Shown: positions 38,102 to 48,302, counted from the stretch's first letter. The stretch is DNA of 64,000 bases from an uncultured Myxococcales bacterium (GCA_903936705.1 CAIZWN010000068.1:105680-169679), one strand, 5' to 3'. Notes: generated from the letters alone by a model not told the origin. Program-made: numbers and translations.

Positions 38102-38968
38102 CTACCTGCCTTCCTCCAGTTCCCGGTGCGTGACCGAAACGGCGTGGCCATCGGTTCGCAGGGCATCGGCAGCCGTCACGGCCAGCGCGACCGACCGGTG
38201 CTGGCCGCCGGTACAACCGAAGGCAATCGTCACGACAGGGCGTTCCTCGGCCTCGTGCATCGGCAGGGACGTGCGAAACAGGTCCAGGACCCGGTCCCTG
38301 AAGACGGCCCATTCGGGCTGTTGCTCCAGAAAATGTCGAACCTCCGGATCCCTTCCGGTCAGGGGGCGAAGTTCGTCAACGAAATACGGGTTGGGCAGGC
38401 CGCGACAGTCGATGACATAGTCAGCCTCTCGCGGGACACCGTTGCGGTACCCGAACGACATGACCACCACGCCCGTCCGGCGCGACCGCTGGGGGTCCCA
38501 CGCCTGCATCACGCGCGCCTTCAGTTGGTGCACGTTCAGGGACGTCGTGTCAATTATCCAGGCGGCCTGCTCCTTCAGCGGTTCCAGCAGTTGACGTTCA
38601 AGAGTCAGCGCCGCTGCCAGCGAGCCAGTCTCCGATTCCAGCGGGTGTCGCCTTCTGGTTGCCGAATACCGTCGCACCAGCGACTCGTCGGCGCAGTCCA
38701 GGAACAGGATTTCAACGAGGTGCCCCGTAGCCCTGACACCGGCCAGGGCTTCCGGGAAGGCATCAAGGAACAGGCGTTCCCTGACATCCACTCCCAGGGC
38801 CACCCTGCGGACCTGTCCATTCGCCTCGGCCAGTGCCAGAAACTTGTCCAGCATCACCAGCGGAAGGTTGTCGATGCAGAAGAAACCTAGATCTTCAAGG
38901 GCGCGGATTGCGGTGGATTTTCCCGATCCCGAAAGCCCAGTGACGATGACGACGTGGGAGGTGTTCAA
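38102..38968 (-). CDS. rapZ: RNase adapter RapZ
   Basis: VTGLSGSGKS, CIDNLP, TRRRHPL, SFGYRNG, GCTGGQHRSV; TTG start. Confidence 0.93.
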   Translation of the reverse strand: MNTSHVVIVTGLSGSGKSTAIRALEDLGFFCIDNLPLVMLDKFLALAEANGQVRRVALGVDVRERLFLDAFPEALAGVRATGHLVEILFLDCADESLVRRYSATRRRHPLESETGSLAAALTLERQLLEPLKEQAAWIIDTTSLNVHQLKARVMQAWDPQRSRRTGVVVMSFGYRNGVPREADYVIDCRGLPNPYFVDELRPLTGRDPEVRHFLEQQPEWAVFRDRVLDLFRTSLPMHEAEERPVVTIAFGCTGGQHRSVALAVTAADALRTDGHAVSVTHRELEEGR

Positions 38969-38990
38969 CGTGCCTCGCTTCAGGCCGAGA

Positions 38991-39296
38991 TCAGGCCCTT
39001 CCGGTCCGGCGATCGTGAACCATGTCCTTCCGTTTTTGCAACTGGCGTTCCAGTTTGTCCAGTACGACATCGATCGTCGGATACAGGTCCGTGGTCTTCT
39101 CGGTGCTCTTGAATACCTCGCCCTTGGTTGTTACGACGACTTCCATGACCGTCCATGCCTTCTCGGTCGTAAGTGTAACCCTTGCATCGGAGGTGGGGCC
39201 CGCCAGTTTCTCGAACCTCTTCTCGATCTTGTCCAGGATCAGTGCCTTCAGATCATCGGAGGCATCGAACTGGCGAAGAACGAAACTTACCTGCAT
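38991..39296 (-). CDS. hpf: Ribosome hibernation promoting factor (short HPF/RaiA)
   Basis: DLYPTIDVVLDKLERQLQKRK; directly downstream of rpoN. Confidence 0.88.
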   Translation of the reverse strand: MQVSFVLRQFDASDDLKALILDKIEKRFEKLAGPTSDARVTLTTEKAWTVMEVVVTTKGEVFKSTEKTTDLYPTIDVVLDKLERQLQKRKDMVHDRRTGRA

Positions 39297-39441
39297 GACG
39301 GACTCCTTGCATGTCGGTCCGGCGTCCAACAACGCGGCCGGCCGACTCCAGCCCCGAGGATGCCGGGGCTAACCTTTGGGGAACACGCCTGCATCCGGAT
39401 GGTCGCAGGCGGCCCGCGGGGCGTTACGTACCCGCCCCGAA

Positions 39442-40941
39442 CTACACCAACTCACGGCGCCGCGACGATGGCAGGACACCGAGGACATCCCGGTATTTGG
39501 CCACCGTCCGACGCGCAATCACGATATTTTCACGACGCAACTTTTCGACGATTTCCTGGTCCGACAACGGGTTGGTCGAGTCTTCTGCCTCGATCAGCGC
39601 CTGGATGCGCGACTTCACGCTGGCCGAGGATTGGTCCTCTCCGTGAACGCTTCCGATGCGGCTGTTGAAGAAGTACTTCAGTTCGAAGATGCCGCGTGGG
39701 GTATGGACGTACTTGCTGGTCGTTACGCGGCTGATGGTGGACTCGTGCATGCCCACGTCCTCGGCCACGTCCCTGAGTACCAGCGGACGCAGGTGCGTCA
39801 CGCCGTTGTCCAGGAAGTCCCTCTGGAATCGCATGATGCTGTCGGTGACTTTCCTTATTGTGCCCTGGCGCTGATGTATCGAACGGATCAGCCACATTGC
39901 CGCGCGCAGTTTTTCCTGGACAAACTCACGCGCATCGCTGCGCGCTCCGCCGCCCAGCGCTGCTTCGTAATATGGGCTGATCTTCAGCTTGGGCAGGCCG
40001 TCCTCGTTCAGGACGGTGATGTAGTCGTTACCCACCTTGTACACGTACACGTCGGGTTGGACGTAGACGACCTCGTCGGTCGCGAACGCTCGCCCTGGAC
40101 GTGGATCCATGCCGACAACCGTATCGACCAGGATCTTGACCTCGTCCAGTGTGCACTTCAAACCGCGCGCGATGGCCTTGAAGTTCTTGCGCTCGAGATC
40201 TGACAGGTGGTTTTCCAGCAGCAGCCGCAGTCGCTCGTTGTCGGGGTGGTGATGTCGCGCCTGGATCAGCAGGCAGTCCCTCAGGTCACGAGCGGCAACG
40301 CCCACCGGGTCAAACGACTGGACTCGCAGCAGGATCGTCCTGACAAATGCCTCGTCGGAACTGGTTCTGGCCGCAATCTCGGCCTCGTCTACGTCCTGAA
40401 GATAACCGTCCTCGTTCAGGTTGCCGATGATGAACGCCCCGACCTCACGGCCCATGTCGTCGAGGTCGGAAAGCTGAAGCTGCCACAGGAGGTGGTCGCT
40501 GAGGCTGCTCTTGCGACTGATGGTCGACTCGATGGAAGGGTAGTCATCGTTCGATATCCGCAACTCCGGTCCGGACGAGAAGCGGTTATAGCCCTCGACG
40601 AACCTTTCCCAATCGATGCCCTCGTCCGGGTGCGTCGGCGATTCGTGGGGGCCGTCATTGCCCGATTCAAGAGGGTCCGCGACGGCCTTGGGCGGCGCTT
40701 CAGCGGGTGCCGGCTCGCCGACGTCCCCGCCTTCCCGGGCGGTGTCCTGGTAGGAAAGGTTGTCCTCGCCCGAGCCGTCCTCTTCCAGGACGGGGTTCGA
40801 GTCGAGCTGCGTGCGGATCTCTTCGGCCAGCTCCAGCCGGGACAACTGCAACAACCGGATGGCCAGTTGGAGTTGGGGAGTCAGGACCAGCTTCTGCAAG
40901 AGCTTTAGACTCTGCTCCTGCCGAATTTCCATCGCTGCCAT
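39442..40941 (-). CDS. rpoN: RNA polymerase sigma-54 factor
   Basis: LTPQLQLAIRLLQL, HESTISRV, ELKYFF, RpoN box ARRTVAKYR. Confidence 0.97.
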   Translation of the reverse strand: MAAMEIRQEQSLKLLQKLVLTPQLQLAIRLLQLSRLELAEEIRTQLDSNPVLEEDGSGEDNLSYQDTAREGGDVGEPAPAEAPPKAVADPLESGNDGPHESPTHPDEGIDWERFVEGYNRFSSGPELRISNDDYPSIESTISRKSSLSDHLLWQLQLSDLDDMGREVGAFIIGNLNEDGYLQDVDEAEIAARTSSDEAFVRTILLRVQSFDPVGVAARDLRDCLLIQARHHHPDNERLRLLLENHLSDLERKNFKAIARGLKCTLDEVKILVDTVVGMDPRPGRAFATDEVVYVQPDVYVYKVGNDYITVLNEDGLPKLKISPYYEAALGGGARSDAREFVQEKLRAAMWLIRSIHQRQGTIRKVTDSIMRFQRDFLDNGVTHLRPLVLRDVAEDVGMHESTISRVTTSKYVHTPRGIFELKYFFNSRIGSVHGEDQSSASVKSRIQALIEAEDSTNPLSDQEIVEKLRRENIVIARRTVAKYRDVLGVLPSSRRRELV

Positions 40942-40972
40942 TCAATCCTTGCTGGCTATCAGATTCAACGAG

Positions 40973-41827
40973 TCAAAATATATCGCCGGGGGCCGTCCTT
41001 GTAAAGGAAGCCGCATCTTGAGGGCGCGGCCTGCCGCCCTTTGGTCGGGCACCCCGGATCAAACTCGCCACTTCACCAGCGGTTGGCCTGCTGGCAGGTG
41101 AAGGGTCCAGCATGGCGGCCAGAACCGTCGAAATCCCGGCTGGTGCGTTTGAGGCGAGACGAAGTATGGCGCCGCCGGCATGGCATTCCAGGACCTTGGC
41201 CGGTGACGATGCGCTGCGCCAAGGAAGCGGTCCGGTCGCGGCAGACATGGCCACCAGACCCAGGGAGAACACTTCGGATGCCGGGGTTGAAGGCTCGCCT
41301 TCCAGGACCTCGGTGGCGAAATACGGAAGCGTTCCGACCAGCAATAGCCCGGGTGGCGGAATGAGGCAGACCGGTTCAGCCCGGACGTCCAACCATATGG
41401 CCCTGTTGGCCGGGGTAAGGAGAATGTTGCCCTGTGACACGTCGCCGTGGAGACGCGGCGCTCCAGAGCAGCGCCTGTGCAGCCAGTCAAGCCCACCGGC
41501 ACAATCGAGAACGACCTGGAACCAGCTGTCACGAGTCAGCGGCCCGGTCTTCAGTACCTCGCGCAGCGTTTTTCCACCTGCCAGCGAAAACACGTGACAG
41601 TCAACCCCATCATCATCGCGGAATTGATGAAGGAATCTGGCCAGTCTTGGGTGGCGAACAAGGGCCAGAACCTGCGGATCCGGAGGTGGCGGCCAGGGCG
41701 ACTCGGGCGGCAGCGGCAGGTAGCGGCGGACCACGACCTGGCGGCGACCCATGCGCGCAGCCCAGACTTCGACGGACGGCTGGAAGGACAGCGGTCGAAG
41801 CAACTTGATTTCGCCGTCAACGCTCAC
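40973..41827 (-). CDS. Degenerate Ser/Thr kinase-like protein (probable pseudokinase)
   Basis: HPRLA, HGDVSQGNILL, GTLPYFATE, SEVFSLG, RPTA; VAxK Lys and DFG are altered. Confidence 0.75.
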   Translation of the reverse strand: MSVDGEIKLLRPLSFQPSVEVWAARMGRRQVVVRRYLPLPPESPWPPPPDPQVLALVRHPRLARFLHQFRDDDGVDCHVFSLAGGKTLREVLKTGPLTRDSWFQVVLDCAGGLDWLHRRCSGAPRLHGDVSQGNILLTPANRAIWLDVRAEPVCLIPPPGLLLVGTLPYFATEVLEGEPSTPASEVFSLGLVAMSAATGPLPWRSASSPAKVLECHAGGAILRLASNAPAGISTVLAAMLDPSPASRPTAGEVASLIRGARPKGGRPRPQDAASFTRTAPGDIF

Positions 41828-41924
41828 GATGACTCCAGATAGTCAGCAGGAACCCGGTTCGTATGGCAAATATGATAATCGGGAATACGGCGCAAATGTT
41901 TCAGTCGGTCGGTAGGTCGGTCAG

Positions 41925-42980
41925 CTAGCTGGACTCCAGGTCCTTGATCTGCTCGTACAGTTTGCGGATGGCTCGCGACGGATCGCGGGGGATTTCCACT
42001 TCTACGCGCACCCACAGGTCGCCCCGGGTGCGGGCACCAAGTCGCGGCATGCCCTCGCCATGGATTCTGATGGTGTCCCCTGGCTGGCTGCCCTTTGGGA
42101 TATCGACCTTGACGTTACCCAGGATGCCATCAATCTCGATCTTCTTGCCCAGAACGGCGTCCGCAACCGATATGGTTCTGTCGTGAACCAGGTCGTCACC
42201 CTCGCGGCCGAATCTGGGATCCTCGCGAACGCCGACGACGACATAAAGGTCCCCGGCCGGTGCGCCGGTGTCACCCACCCCGCCCGCTCCGTTCACGCGG
42301 AGAGTGTTGCCCGAGTCGATCCCGGCCGGGATGCGAACCTTGATTGTCTTTTCGGTAGTGGTGTGTCCCGTGCCGCTGCACTTTGCGCAGCGCTCCTTGA
42401 TGATCCGGCCAGCCCCGTGACAATTCGGGCAGGTCGTCGTGATCGTGAACAGGCCTTGGTTGTGGGCGATCCGGCCGTTGCCGCGGCACGCAGGGCAGCG
42501 TTCCGGACCAGACCCTTCCGCGGCGCCGGTCCCGTGGCATGTCGAACACGCCTCGTCCCGGCTGATGCCGATCTCTTTCTCGATTCCGGTGGCGGCTTCT
42601 GCCAGTGTAACGACCACCTCAACCTGCTGGTCTCGACCCTTGCCGCGCCTTTGGCTTGACTGGCCGCGTCCTCCGAAAAGGTCGCCCAGCCCGCCGCCGA
42701 ACATGTCCATGAAGTGCGAGAATATGTCGGACGCCGAGGTGTCGTAACCCCGTCCCTTCAATCCTGCCTCGCCGAAGCGGTCATAAACCTGGCGCTTGTC
42801 CGGGTCCGAAAGGACGTCGTACGCCTGGGCGGCGGCCTTGAACTTGTCCTCTGCCTGGGGATCGTCGGGATTCTTGTCGGGGTGGAACTGGACTGCCAGA
42901 CGGCGGTAGGCCTTCTTGACCTCCTCCTTGTCGGCGTCGCGTGGAACCCCAAGAATGGCGTAGTAGTCGCGGTCAGCCAT
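41925..42980 (-). CDS. dnaJ: Molecular chaperone DnaJ
   Basis: [13 protein letters not shown] region, four CxxCxGxG repeats. Confidence 0.96.
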   Translation of the reverse strand: MADRDYYAILGVPRDADKEEVKKAYRRLAVQFHPDKNPDDPQAEDKFKAAAQAYDVLSDPDKRQVYDRFGEAGLKGRGYDTSASDIFSHFMDMFGGGLGDLFGGRGQSSQRRGKGRDQQVEVVVTLAEAATGIEKEIGISRDEACSTCHGTGAAEGSGPERCPACRGNGRIAHNQGLFTITTTCPNCHGAGRIIKERCAKCSGTGHTTTEKTIKVRIPAGIDSGNTLRVNGAGGVGDTGAPAGDLYVVVGVREDPRFGREGDDLVHDRTISVADAVLGKKIEIDGILGNVKVDIPKGSQPGDTIRIHGEGMPRLGARTRGDLWVRVEVEIPRDPSRAIRKLYEQIKDLESS

Positions 42981-43099
42981 GGCCGGCAATAAAGGGCATT
43001 CGTTGGCGTGCTGTCAAGGGCATGCAGGAAATTCTTGAAAATGAAGATGTCCCAGCTTGCGACTTGTAAGGCTGGATGCCTTCCCGGTGGCAGGGCGAC

Positions 43100-43128
43100 T
43101 TGACGGCTAATAATCGTTTGATTAAGGT
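43100..43128 (+). promoter_or_regulatory. Sigma-70-like promoter of the tolC operon with an embedded TetR-operator-like site
   Basis: TTGACG-17 bp-TAAGGT; spacer contains AATCGTTTGATT, identical to the reverse complement of 20038..20049. Confidence 0.6.
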
Positions 43129-43206
43129 CCCTGGGATCAACGCCGGTCCATGCTGCGGGGCCGCCGATTCGGAGGATTTCCGATGATCGCCGAGAGGGAG
43201 GAACCC

Positions 43207-44589
43207 ATGCGATTCATGAAATGGGTGGTGCCGTTGCTGGCATTCATGATGGGCGCCTTGCCGGCCGCTGCCCAGGTGCGTCAGGTCAGCCTCGAAGAGG
43301 CCGTTCGCCTGGGCCTGGAACACTCTCCGGAAATTCGCATGGCGCGGCCGGACGTGGCCAAGGCCGAAGAAGAGAAGCTGTCTGCCGGCCTGGCGATGGG
43401 TCCGCGCCTGGGGATTGAGGCGGGTATCCAGTACTGGGACCATGCGACCAAGGTCAAGCTGATCGACGCGGGTTCGATGACCCTGACGGCGGATCAGATT
43501 GCTGCGATCCAGGGCTTGCTGGGTGATGGATTCGTCAGCCTGCTGTCCAAGCTGGGCGACCCGATGGAGACCCAGAAGCGTGTGACCAGTTCCTTTAATA
43601 TCCAGGCGGTCCAGCCGCTTACGCCATTGTATTCCCTTGCCTCGCTGTACAGGATGCAGGGGGCTGCTCTGGAGGCGACCAAGCTGGAGGTTGTGGCCAA
43701 GCAGCAGCAGGTGAAGTTCCGTATTGCCGACACGTTTTTCAAGCTCATGTCGGCACTCAGGCTGACCGAGGTGACCCAGCAGGCAGTCGAACAGGTTCAG
43801 GCTCACCTGAAGACCGCCAAGGCATACAACGAGGCCGGTCTTGTCGGGCGCGACGACGTTCTGCGTGCCGAAACGATGCTGGCGAAGATCGAGGACCAGC
43901 ACAATCAGGCGCTTTCGGGCGTCGCGATGGCGCGGGCTGGCCTTGCGGTTCAGATGGGCATCTCGTGGTCCACGATGCTGATGCCCGTTGGCGATTATCC
44001 CGACCCGCCTCCCGAGATATCGCTGTCCGAGGAAAAGGCGATGGACAAGGCGCTTGCCCAGCGCCCCGAGTTCGGTGCGGTCGAGTGGCGTGGCCGGATG
44101 GCCGACGAGGGTTACCAGGCATCGATCGGTGCGCTGATCCCGACGATTGCCGGCATCTTCCGATATACCAATTTCCGGGGCAGCACTTTCCAGCGTGAGA
44201 ACAGCTACTTTGTTGGCGCCGTGCTTACCTGGAACTTCTTCGACTTCGGTCGGGACTTTCTGAAGATGAAGTCCGTGGGTCACGATGTCGAGAAGGCGCG
44301 TGAGGGGCTTTCCGGTGTCCGGGACCAGATTCGGCTGGACGTCAAGCGGGCTTGGCTGGACATGACGACTGCCCGTTCGTCGCTGGCCTACAACCGTTCT
44401 GCCATCGTGTCGGCCGACGAAGCGCTGCGTGTCGTGACGAGGAAGTACGAGGCATCCACCGCAACTTCGGTCGAGGTGCTGGACGCACAATCCGCCCTTA
44501 ACCAGGCTCGGGGCGGTTATGCCGTCGCGCTGTACACCTACTATTCCGCCTACGCGAATATCGAGCGGGCCACCGGCGGCGCGATGTAG
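43207..44589 (+). CDS. TolC-family outer membrane efflux protein
   Basis: Signal peptide, SLEEAVRLGLEHSP, YNEAGL..DVLRAE, RPE, YEASTATSVEVLDAQ. Confidence 0.9.
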   Translation: MRFMKWVVPLLAFMMGALPAAAQVRQVSLEEAVRLGLEHSPEIRMARPDVAKAEEEKLSAGLAMGPRLGIEAGIQYWDHATKVKLIDAGSMTLTADQIAAIQGLLGDGFVSLLSKLGDPMETQKRVTSSFNIQAVQPLTPLYSLASLYRMQGAALEATKLEVVAKQQQVKFRIADTFFKLMSALRLTEVTQQAVEQVQAHLKTAKAYNEAGLVGRDDVLRAETMLAKIEDQHNQALSGVAMARAGLAVQMGISWSTMLMPVGDYPDPPPEISLSEEKAMDKALAQRPEFGAVEWRGRMADEGYQASIGALIPTIAGIFRYTNFRGSTFQRENSYFVGAVLTWNFFDFGRDFLKMKSVGHDVEKAREGLSGVRDQIRLDVKRAWLDMTTARSSLAYNRSAIVSADEALRVVTRKYEASTATSVEVLDAQSALNQARGGYAVALYTYYSAYANIERATGGAM

Positions 44590-44649
44590 ACTCAGGCGCG
44601 GTTCGATATCTTTTGGCGATGGTGCCTTCAACCGGTAGGCTTCTGCCCA

Positions 44650-45390
44650 ATGAAAACCGGATTCGTTGCTGTCTTTCTGCTGCTGGCCTTTTCGGTCCAT
44701 GCCGGATTTGTCCGTGCGGGTCAGCCCGCAGGTGCGACAGGCAAGTCCTCAAAGGTGGAGCAGCCGGTTTTGGTCCAGCCGCTGCCGTCGGGTCCCTCGG
44801 CCGGCGGTGCCGTTTCCGGCGGACTCGTGGCGAAGGTCCAGGCGTTCTACGAACGCACCACCGATTTCAAGGCATCCTTCCAGCAGGTTGTGAAGACTCG
44901 CAGCCCACGTCGAACCTTCACCCGTTCCGGGACTGTGTGGTTTCAGCGTCCCGGAAAGATGCGCTGGGACTACCTGGTTCCCGACAAGGTCCACTACATC
45001 AGCGATGGCGAAGTGCTGTGGTCCTACGACGTTCAGGAGGGCATCGCGTACCGCCTGCCGGTCAAGGACTCGGAACTCTACCAGGCGCTGGGTTTCCTGA
45101 CCGGTACCGCACGTTTGACCGATGCGTTCAATGCAACCGAGTTGCCGGCCACAGCGGCCGGGCTGGTTCCGGTTCTTCTGTCCTCGCGGCAGCCATCCTC
45201 GTCGTTCAGGTCGATCACCTTGTTCGTCAATCCAGTGTCCGGCGAGACCAGCGAGACCGAGGTCGTCGACCCGATCGGCAATGTCAGCCGCGTGCGATTC
45301 GATGGGGTATCTTTGGGAAAGTTGCCGACGGCTGGCTTTTCCTTCACGGTACCTGCGGGTGTTCGGGTACAGGACCTGGGGTCACCATGA
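44650..45390 (+). CDS. lolA: Outer membrane lipoprotein carrier LolA
   Basis: DFKASFQQ, GTVWFQRPGKMRWDY, ISDGEVLWSYD, FTVPAGV. Confidence 0.9.
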   Translation: MKTGFVAVFLLLAFSVHAGFVRAGQPAGATGKSSKVEQPVLVQPLPSGPSAGGAVSGGLVAKVQAFYERTTDFKASFQQVVKTRSPRRTFTRSGTVWFQRPGKMRWDYLVPDKVHYISDGEVLWSYDVQEGIAYRLPVKDSELYQALGFLTGTARLTDAFNATELPATAAGLVPVLLSSRQPSSSFRSITLFVNPVSGETSETEVVDPIGNVSRVRFDGVSLGKLPTAGFSFTVPAGVRVQDLGSP

Positions 45391-46736
45391 ACACGTCCGG
45401 CAACACCGGACGCCGACGCCGCGCGTCGTGCGGCAGCGTCTGCGCCATCACATTGGGGTGCCCGCGCAATCGTGTGGATACTGAAGTGATGCTGGGGGAC
45501 CTTCTTTCGGCTGGGTACGCCCTGGCGGAACTGCCAGAGGATGCCGACGTGGTCCTGGTCAACACCTGTGGATTCCTGGTCGATGCGCGCAAGGAGTCGG
45601 TCGCCGTCCTGCAGGAAGCTGCAAGGGCATTGAGGCCAGGGGGCCGGCTGGTGGCTACCGGATGCATGGCAGAAAAATTCCGGCACGAGATCGAATCAAG
45701 CGTGCCCGAGGCCGAGGTGCTGGCCGGGGTGCGGGATCTGCTGGCGCTGCGGGGGCGCCTGGAAGGAAATCCCCGGACCGGGCCTGCGGTGTCACCGACG
45801 GCTGCCAATCCCCGCCTGGTGACGACGGGTGCGAACCTGGCCTACCTGAAGATCAGCGAGGGCTGCAACCGCCAGTGCTCGTTCTGCATCATTCCGCGGA
45901 TTCGTGGGCGCCAGCGCAGCAGGCCGGTGGATGACGTGGTTGCCGAGGCGCTGGCCCTGGCTGGCAGCGGGGTGCGCGAGATCGTTCTGGTTGCCGAGGA
46001 CCTTTCTCACTGGGGTGCCGATCTGCCGGACGCCCCGCGCCTGGCCTCCCTTGTGGGACGATTGGCCGATGCCGTTCCGGAAGGGACGTGGCTGCGACTG
46101 ATGTACGTGTACCCTCGGGACATCGAGGATGAACTGTTGGACTTGATGGCAGGCCACCCTGCGGTTCTACCGTACCTGGATCTTCCAGTGCAGCATGGCG
46201 ATGACGGCGTGTTGCGGGCCATGCGTCGCGGGACGACTGCCCGCGCGCTGACCGGGCTGGTGGACCGGGTACGGGCGCGCGTGCCAGGGGTCGTTCTGCG
46301 AACTACCTACCTGATCGGCTTTCCGGGTGAGGACGACGCGGCGTTCGAGAACCTGCGTCGGTTTGCCCAGCAGACGCGGTTCGAAATGGCCGGGGTGTTC
46401 GCCTTCTCGCCGGAACCTGGTGCCCGGGCAGCCCTTCTGCCAGGGCAGGTGCCGGCAACCGTGAAGCGCCGCCGCAAGTCAATCCTGGAGGACGACCTGT
46501 CCGGCATCGCGGCACAGGCCAGGGAGTCGCTGGTAGGACAGGTTCATGCAGCGGTTGTCGAGGTGCGCACTGGCGGTTTGACCGAGGGCCGTCTGTGGTT
46601 CCAGGCGCCTGAGGTCGATGGATGCGTCCGGATCTCGGGCGGGAAGTTGTCCCAGGGCGATCGCCTGGACGTGAAAGTCACCGGTTTCTCGGGCAGCGAC
46701 TTCGAGGCCCGCCCGGTCGGCCGTGGAAAGGCGTGA
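45387..46736 (+). CDS. rimO: Ribosomal protein S12 methylthiotransferase RimO
   Basis: LGCPRNRVD, VNTCGF, TGC, YLKISEGCNRQCSFC, RLMYVYP, QAPEVDG. Confidence 0.94.
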   Translation: MNTSGNTGRRRRASCGSVCAITLGCPRNRVDTEVMLGDLLSAGYALAELPEDADVVLVNTCGFLVDARKESVAVLQEAARALRPGGRLVATGCMAEKFRHEIESSVPEAEVLAGVRDLLALRGRLEGNPRTGPAVSPTAANPRLVTTGANLAYLKISEGCNRQCSFCIIPRIRGRQRSRPVDDVVAEALALAGSGVREIVLVAEDLSHWGADLPDAPRLASLVGRLADAVPEGTWLRLMYVYPRDIEDELLDLMAGHPAVLPYLDLPVQHGDDGVLRAMRRGTTARALTGLVDRVRARVPGVVLRTTYLIGFPGEDDAAFENLRRFAQQTRFEMAGVFAFSPEPGARAALLPGQVPATVKRRRKSILEDDLSGIAAQARESLVGQVHAAVVEVRTGGLTEGRLWFQAPEVDGCVRISGGKLSQGDRLDVKVTGFSGSDFEARPVGRGKA

Positions 46737-46738
46737 TT

Positions 46739-47401
46739 ATGGGAACCGATATTCTTGACGGTATCGACGGCATTCTCTTTGACCTGGATGGCACCCTGGC
46801 CGATACGTTCCTGGACTTGCGGACGGCTGTGAACCACGTGCGCGGCCAGCGAAGTCTTCCTCCGCTGCCTCTGGACGTCGTGATGTCACATGTCGGAAGG
46901 GGCGTTGGCTCGCTGGTGGCGGGGGCGTTGCAGGCCGATGATCCGGTGATGATCGCCCAGGGGATCGACGCCTTCCGCACGTACTACGCGGCGCACCTGC
47001 TGGATGAAACGCGGGCATATCCGGGAGCGGTCGATGCCGTGGCCTCCCTGGTCGGGCGGCGGCGCGCAGTCCTGTCGAACAAGCCCGAAGCCATGACGCG
47101 ATCAATCGTCGAGGGCCTCGGGTATCGTCCGTATCTTGATGGCGCCTGGGGAGGCGATTCGTTCACGGTCATGAAACCTGACCCTGCCGCAATTCTTTCG
47201 GTTCTGGCGATCATGGGTGTATCGCCGGACCGGGCGCTGATGGTGGGTGATTCGGATGTGGATATCGAGGCTGCCAGACGCGCCGGCGTGCGCTCGGCAC
47301 TTGTTCGTACGGGACTCTGGCGTGCCAGTGTGATGCCGCCCGATGTCGTTGTCGAGAATCTTGCCGAACTGGTTAATCGGCTTGACTCTGCCGCTCGATA
47401 G
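46739..47401 (+). CDS. HAD hydrolase, phosphoglycolate phosphatase-like
   Basis: FDLDGTLAD, SNK, KPDP, VGDSDVD. Confidence 0.9.
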   Translation: MGTDILDGIDGILFDLDGTLADTFLDLRTAVNHVRGQRSLPPLPLDVVMSHVGRGVGSLVAGALQADDPVMIAQGIDAFRTYYAAHLLDETRAYPGAVDAVASLVGRRRAVLSNKPEAMTRSIVEGLGYRPYLDGAWGGDSFTVMKPDPAAILSVLAIMGVSPDRALMVGDSDVDIEAARRAGVRSALVRTGLWRASVMPPDVVVENLAELVNRLDSAAR

Positions 47402-47409
47402 TGATAAAC

Positions 47410-47530
47410 ATCCGCGCCTTTCGGTTTCGGCCGAGCCGGGCGGTGACCGTCGTCTCCCGCCCCATCGCCCACGGTGGGTGATTCGGTCCGGACCGGGCTG
47501 CATGCGGCCCGAAGGGGAAAGGTCCAGGAG
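47410..47530 (+). promoter_or_regulatory. Structured 5' leader of rplY (possible L25 autoregulatory RNA)
   Basis: About 130-nt GC-rich leader with complementary segments (CCGTCG/ACGGT, ATCGCCCAC-G-GTGGGTGAT hairpin, GGGCTGCATGCGGCCC) before the AGGAGG RBS. Confidence 0.4.
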
Positions 47531-47537
47531 GAACACA

Positions 47538-48230
47538 ATGGAACACGTGCAAGTCAAAGCGAAATCCCGGACGGTCGTCGGCAAGGGATACGCGCGCAAG
47601 ATACGTGCGCTGGGCTACCTGCCCGCGGTCCTCTACGGAGGAACCGAGGGAGCCGTCCCGCTGGTGGTCGATCCGAAGGTCATCTCGGGCATCCTGAAGA
47701 GCCACACTGGCCGAAACACCGTGGTTCGACTGCAGGTCGAGGGTGACTCTGCCGGTGAATGCATCGCGATTGTTCGTGACTTCACCGTTCATCCGGTCAA
47801 GCGCACACTGGAACATTGCGATTTCCTGCGGGTTAACGACCAGACCGAACTGCTGGTCAAGGTGCCCATCAAGACGATCGGCAAGGCCGAGGGCGAAAAG
47901 CTGGGCGCGCGCCTGAATATCGCGATGCGCCAGGTAACCCTGAAGTGCAAGGCCGGCGCCGTGCCGGACGCCATCGTTATCGACGTTACCCCCTTCCAGG
48001 TGGGCCAGTCGATGTCGCTGTCCCAGCTTCCCCTGCCCGAGGGAGTGCGTGCGGTGTTCATCAAGGACAACGCCGTGGTGACCGTGAAGATCCCGCGTGC
48101 GGAAAAGGAAGAAGAAACAAAGGTGGCGGAAGGCGCTGCGGCGACCGAAGCTGCTGCTCCGGCGGCTGGTGCCGCGGCTCCTGCGGCGGCCGGTGCGGCC
48201 CCTGCTGCGGCCAAGCCCGAGAAGAAGTAG
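47538..48230 (+). CDS. rplY: 50S ribosomal protein L25/Ctc
   Basis: GKGYARKIR..GYLPAVLYG, HPVK..LEHCDF; Ala-rich tail. Confidence 0.95.
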   Translation: MEHVQVKAKSRTVVGKGYARKIRALGYLPAVLYGGTEGAVPLVVDPKVISGILKSHTGRNTVVRLQVEGDSAGECIAIVRDFTVHPVKRTLEHCDFLRVNDQTELLVKVPIKTIGKAEGEKLGARLNIAMRQVTLKCKAGAVPDAIVIDVTPFQVGQSMSLSQLPLPEGVRAVFIKDNAVVTVKIPRAEKEEETKVAEGAAATEAAAPAAGAAAPAAAGAAPAAAKPEKK

Positions 48231-48302
48231 GACCTTCCTGGCCTGGCGGCAGCGAACCTGTCGTCAAGCCCGGTCGTTTTCATTTGAAACCTGGGGCGCT
48301 TC

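Noticed and set aside
42973-44700. 575-aa minus-strand ORF
   Set aside because: Antisense to tolC with no domain signal.
44613-45386. N-terminal extension of RimO (707-aa ORF)
   Set aside because: Off-frame overlap with lolA; RimO starts at 45387 through ATGA coupling.
47402-47537. Possible tRNA upstream of rplY
   Set aside because: No T-loop GTTCRA motif or cloverleaf could be built.
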